From Balanoglossus misakiensis (lineage: Eukaryota; Animalia; Hemichordata), in NCBI GenBank assembly GCA_040954595.2, contig JBECUI020000035.1:122442-186441 (forward strand): 64,000 nt of DNA, read 5' to 3'. The position numbers and the translations under genes were made by a program. Positions 62,157 to 64,000 of this stretch are shown one piece after another. The notes under the pieces are model-generated. The model saw nothing but the letters and a program-made list of their open reading frames with translations, did no database searches and had not been told where the DNA came from. The stretch's first letter is position 1, and each line of letters begins with the position of its first letter.

Positions 62157-64000
62157 TAAGCGCTATTTTGTCAGTGAAATGGCTCCATTATTATCCCTCC
62201 AACCATAGTTGAAACGGAGTTAAATATGTACAGCTTGAAATCATAAAATGTTGCAAAATTGAACCAAGAGTTTGGTCAATGATCAAGTTCTTACAGCTAT
62301 TACTAGAACCATACAGTCTCAGCGAACAAGAGACATTGGTCCGATTTGCAAGCCGAGTTGGAACTGACTTTGCCTGCACACAGATGTGCCAATTTCAGCG
62401 AATCTTATCGTATTTAAAAATGAATATGGAGAATTGTTATCTGTGTTCCTATTGCTAGCCTACATACATGTAGCTGTTGTCATTCTAGTGTTTTTTTTCT
62501 GTATACCAAAATTGCCACACTGTTTGGGATACTTTTATCAAATGTTATGTGATACTATATCAGCCTGTTTTGGGGATCTTGACAATGACATATATTAGAC
62601 TTTTCATACACAGCATGAGGTAGAATTTCAGAAAAGATTAGGTAATAAGACTGTATATCTCATAGGAAATAATCACTTTAGAAGTATTACGATAAAAAAA
62701 AATCATTTCACTCTTATTGGGAGCATACATTTGTAAAACATACATACAGACATGAATACAGACATAGAGAGATCAAGGTGTATACGATTTTCAGTGGGGG
62801 AGGGGGTCCTCCTTAATTGCAAACAACTATGTAATGGTAATTTCCCTTTTATAATAACAATTTTTGAGGTATAAGGAAAAAATATCAAACAAAATAAACA
62901 AAAAAACTAATTCAGCTATGATTTGATTCAATTATCATTCTAAAGAAGCACATATCATTAACTCACTACTAAACTTTTAAAGTGATCAACCATGCACTTT
63001 CTGAGAATTTTTTTTATGCCCCCAAAATACAATTTTTTCATTTTCAGAACATTTATGATATATCACAGTAAAAAAATCCCCTGGAAACTGCAAAACAAAA
63101 AATTGCAAAGCAATCAAACAAAAATGGCAAAAATTGTCCACAAAAACTATATTGACAGTTCCATCATAGGATTTGTTAAAATGTCGTGATAACACACCTA
63201 GGAACCTGCAAACCAAATTTCAAAGAACTGTGAGTAGAGGTTTTTGAGTATTTGACCAAAATCACCCCAAAAATATACTTCAAACCAGATATTAACTGAA
63301 TATGCTCACGTGCAGTACTGTGATTGGTTGACAGAATAACAAGATTAGAAAAACCAGTGTTAAACCAATTTGGTTTATAGTGTATATGGTGTAAGGGTTG
63401 TGTGTTGCACCATTGTGAAATGTAAACATGTTTGTGGAATTGTTGCCTTGTCAATTTTTGTAAGGGGTTATGAGTCGTGTACCCCATCCTGAACTGCATA
63501 AAAAGATAAGTCTATGGAATTCTAAAACTCGTTAATCAAAAATGGCAAGAAATATACCAAAAAGTATGAATATTTCACCAGATTTCAACAAATCTGATTT
63601 CTGTTCATGCCTAAGAACCTCTTTAACAAGTTTCAATAAGGAAGACATTTTGGCAAACAACAGGTAATTCAGACAAATCTGACTGATATCACATATATGA
63701 ATTCCCATTCAAAGTTTCCAATCAATTGGACTTGTGGTTTCACTGAAGACTATTTGGCCAAACCCTGCAGAATTCCCAAAAAATACAATTATGCAAATTT
63801 CTTTACAATTTGATCATATCTGACTGAGATCACCCCTAGAAACCCAAATACAAAGTATCAAAACAATTGCACTTACAGTTTCACGGGATTTGATTTTTTG
63901 ACAAAAACAGGAAATATTGCCCAAAAATGCATTTTTGCAAATTTCACCACCGTTTGCACAAATGTGATTCAGGTAAGCCCTATGAACCTCCATACCAAGT

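Overview
Eukaryotic, AT-rich, intron- and repeat-rich DNA, probably from a marine invertebrate deuterostome (inference from style only). Two minus-strand exons of a pentraxin/LamG-domain host gene lie at 567-1454. Almost everything from 1693 to about 58500 is transposon-derived. (1) Ten Helentron-type (HINE/DINE-1-like) left termini and eight hairpin caps pair up like balanced brackets, with subfamily-matched caps, which implies repeated self-targeted nested insertion. (2) Inside this nest is a ~21 kb apparently autonomous Helentron (10194-31181). It encodes an intact ~2480-aa OTU-protease/Zn-finger/HUH-Rep/PIF1-helicase/AP-endonuclease protein, has a candidate spliced leader, and carries three long 3' hairpins. 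(3) A second, rearranged Helentron-related block (34011 to ~58500) contains several copies of a spliced tandem OB-fold (RPA/SSB-like) gene, a large inverted duplication with a tRNA-like cloverleaf, tandem repeats and a 5'-truncated LINE. (4) That LINE is interrupted by a very young Ty3/Gypsy element with identical 245-bp LTRs, non-canonical CGCCA...TGGCG ends, a 3-bp TSD, an LADD RT motif and Gly in place of the catalytic integrase Glu. All alignments and counts were made by eye, so coordinates of degenerate repeats are approximate.
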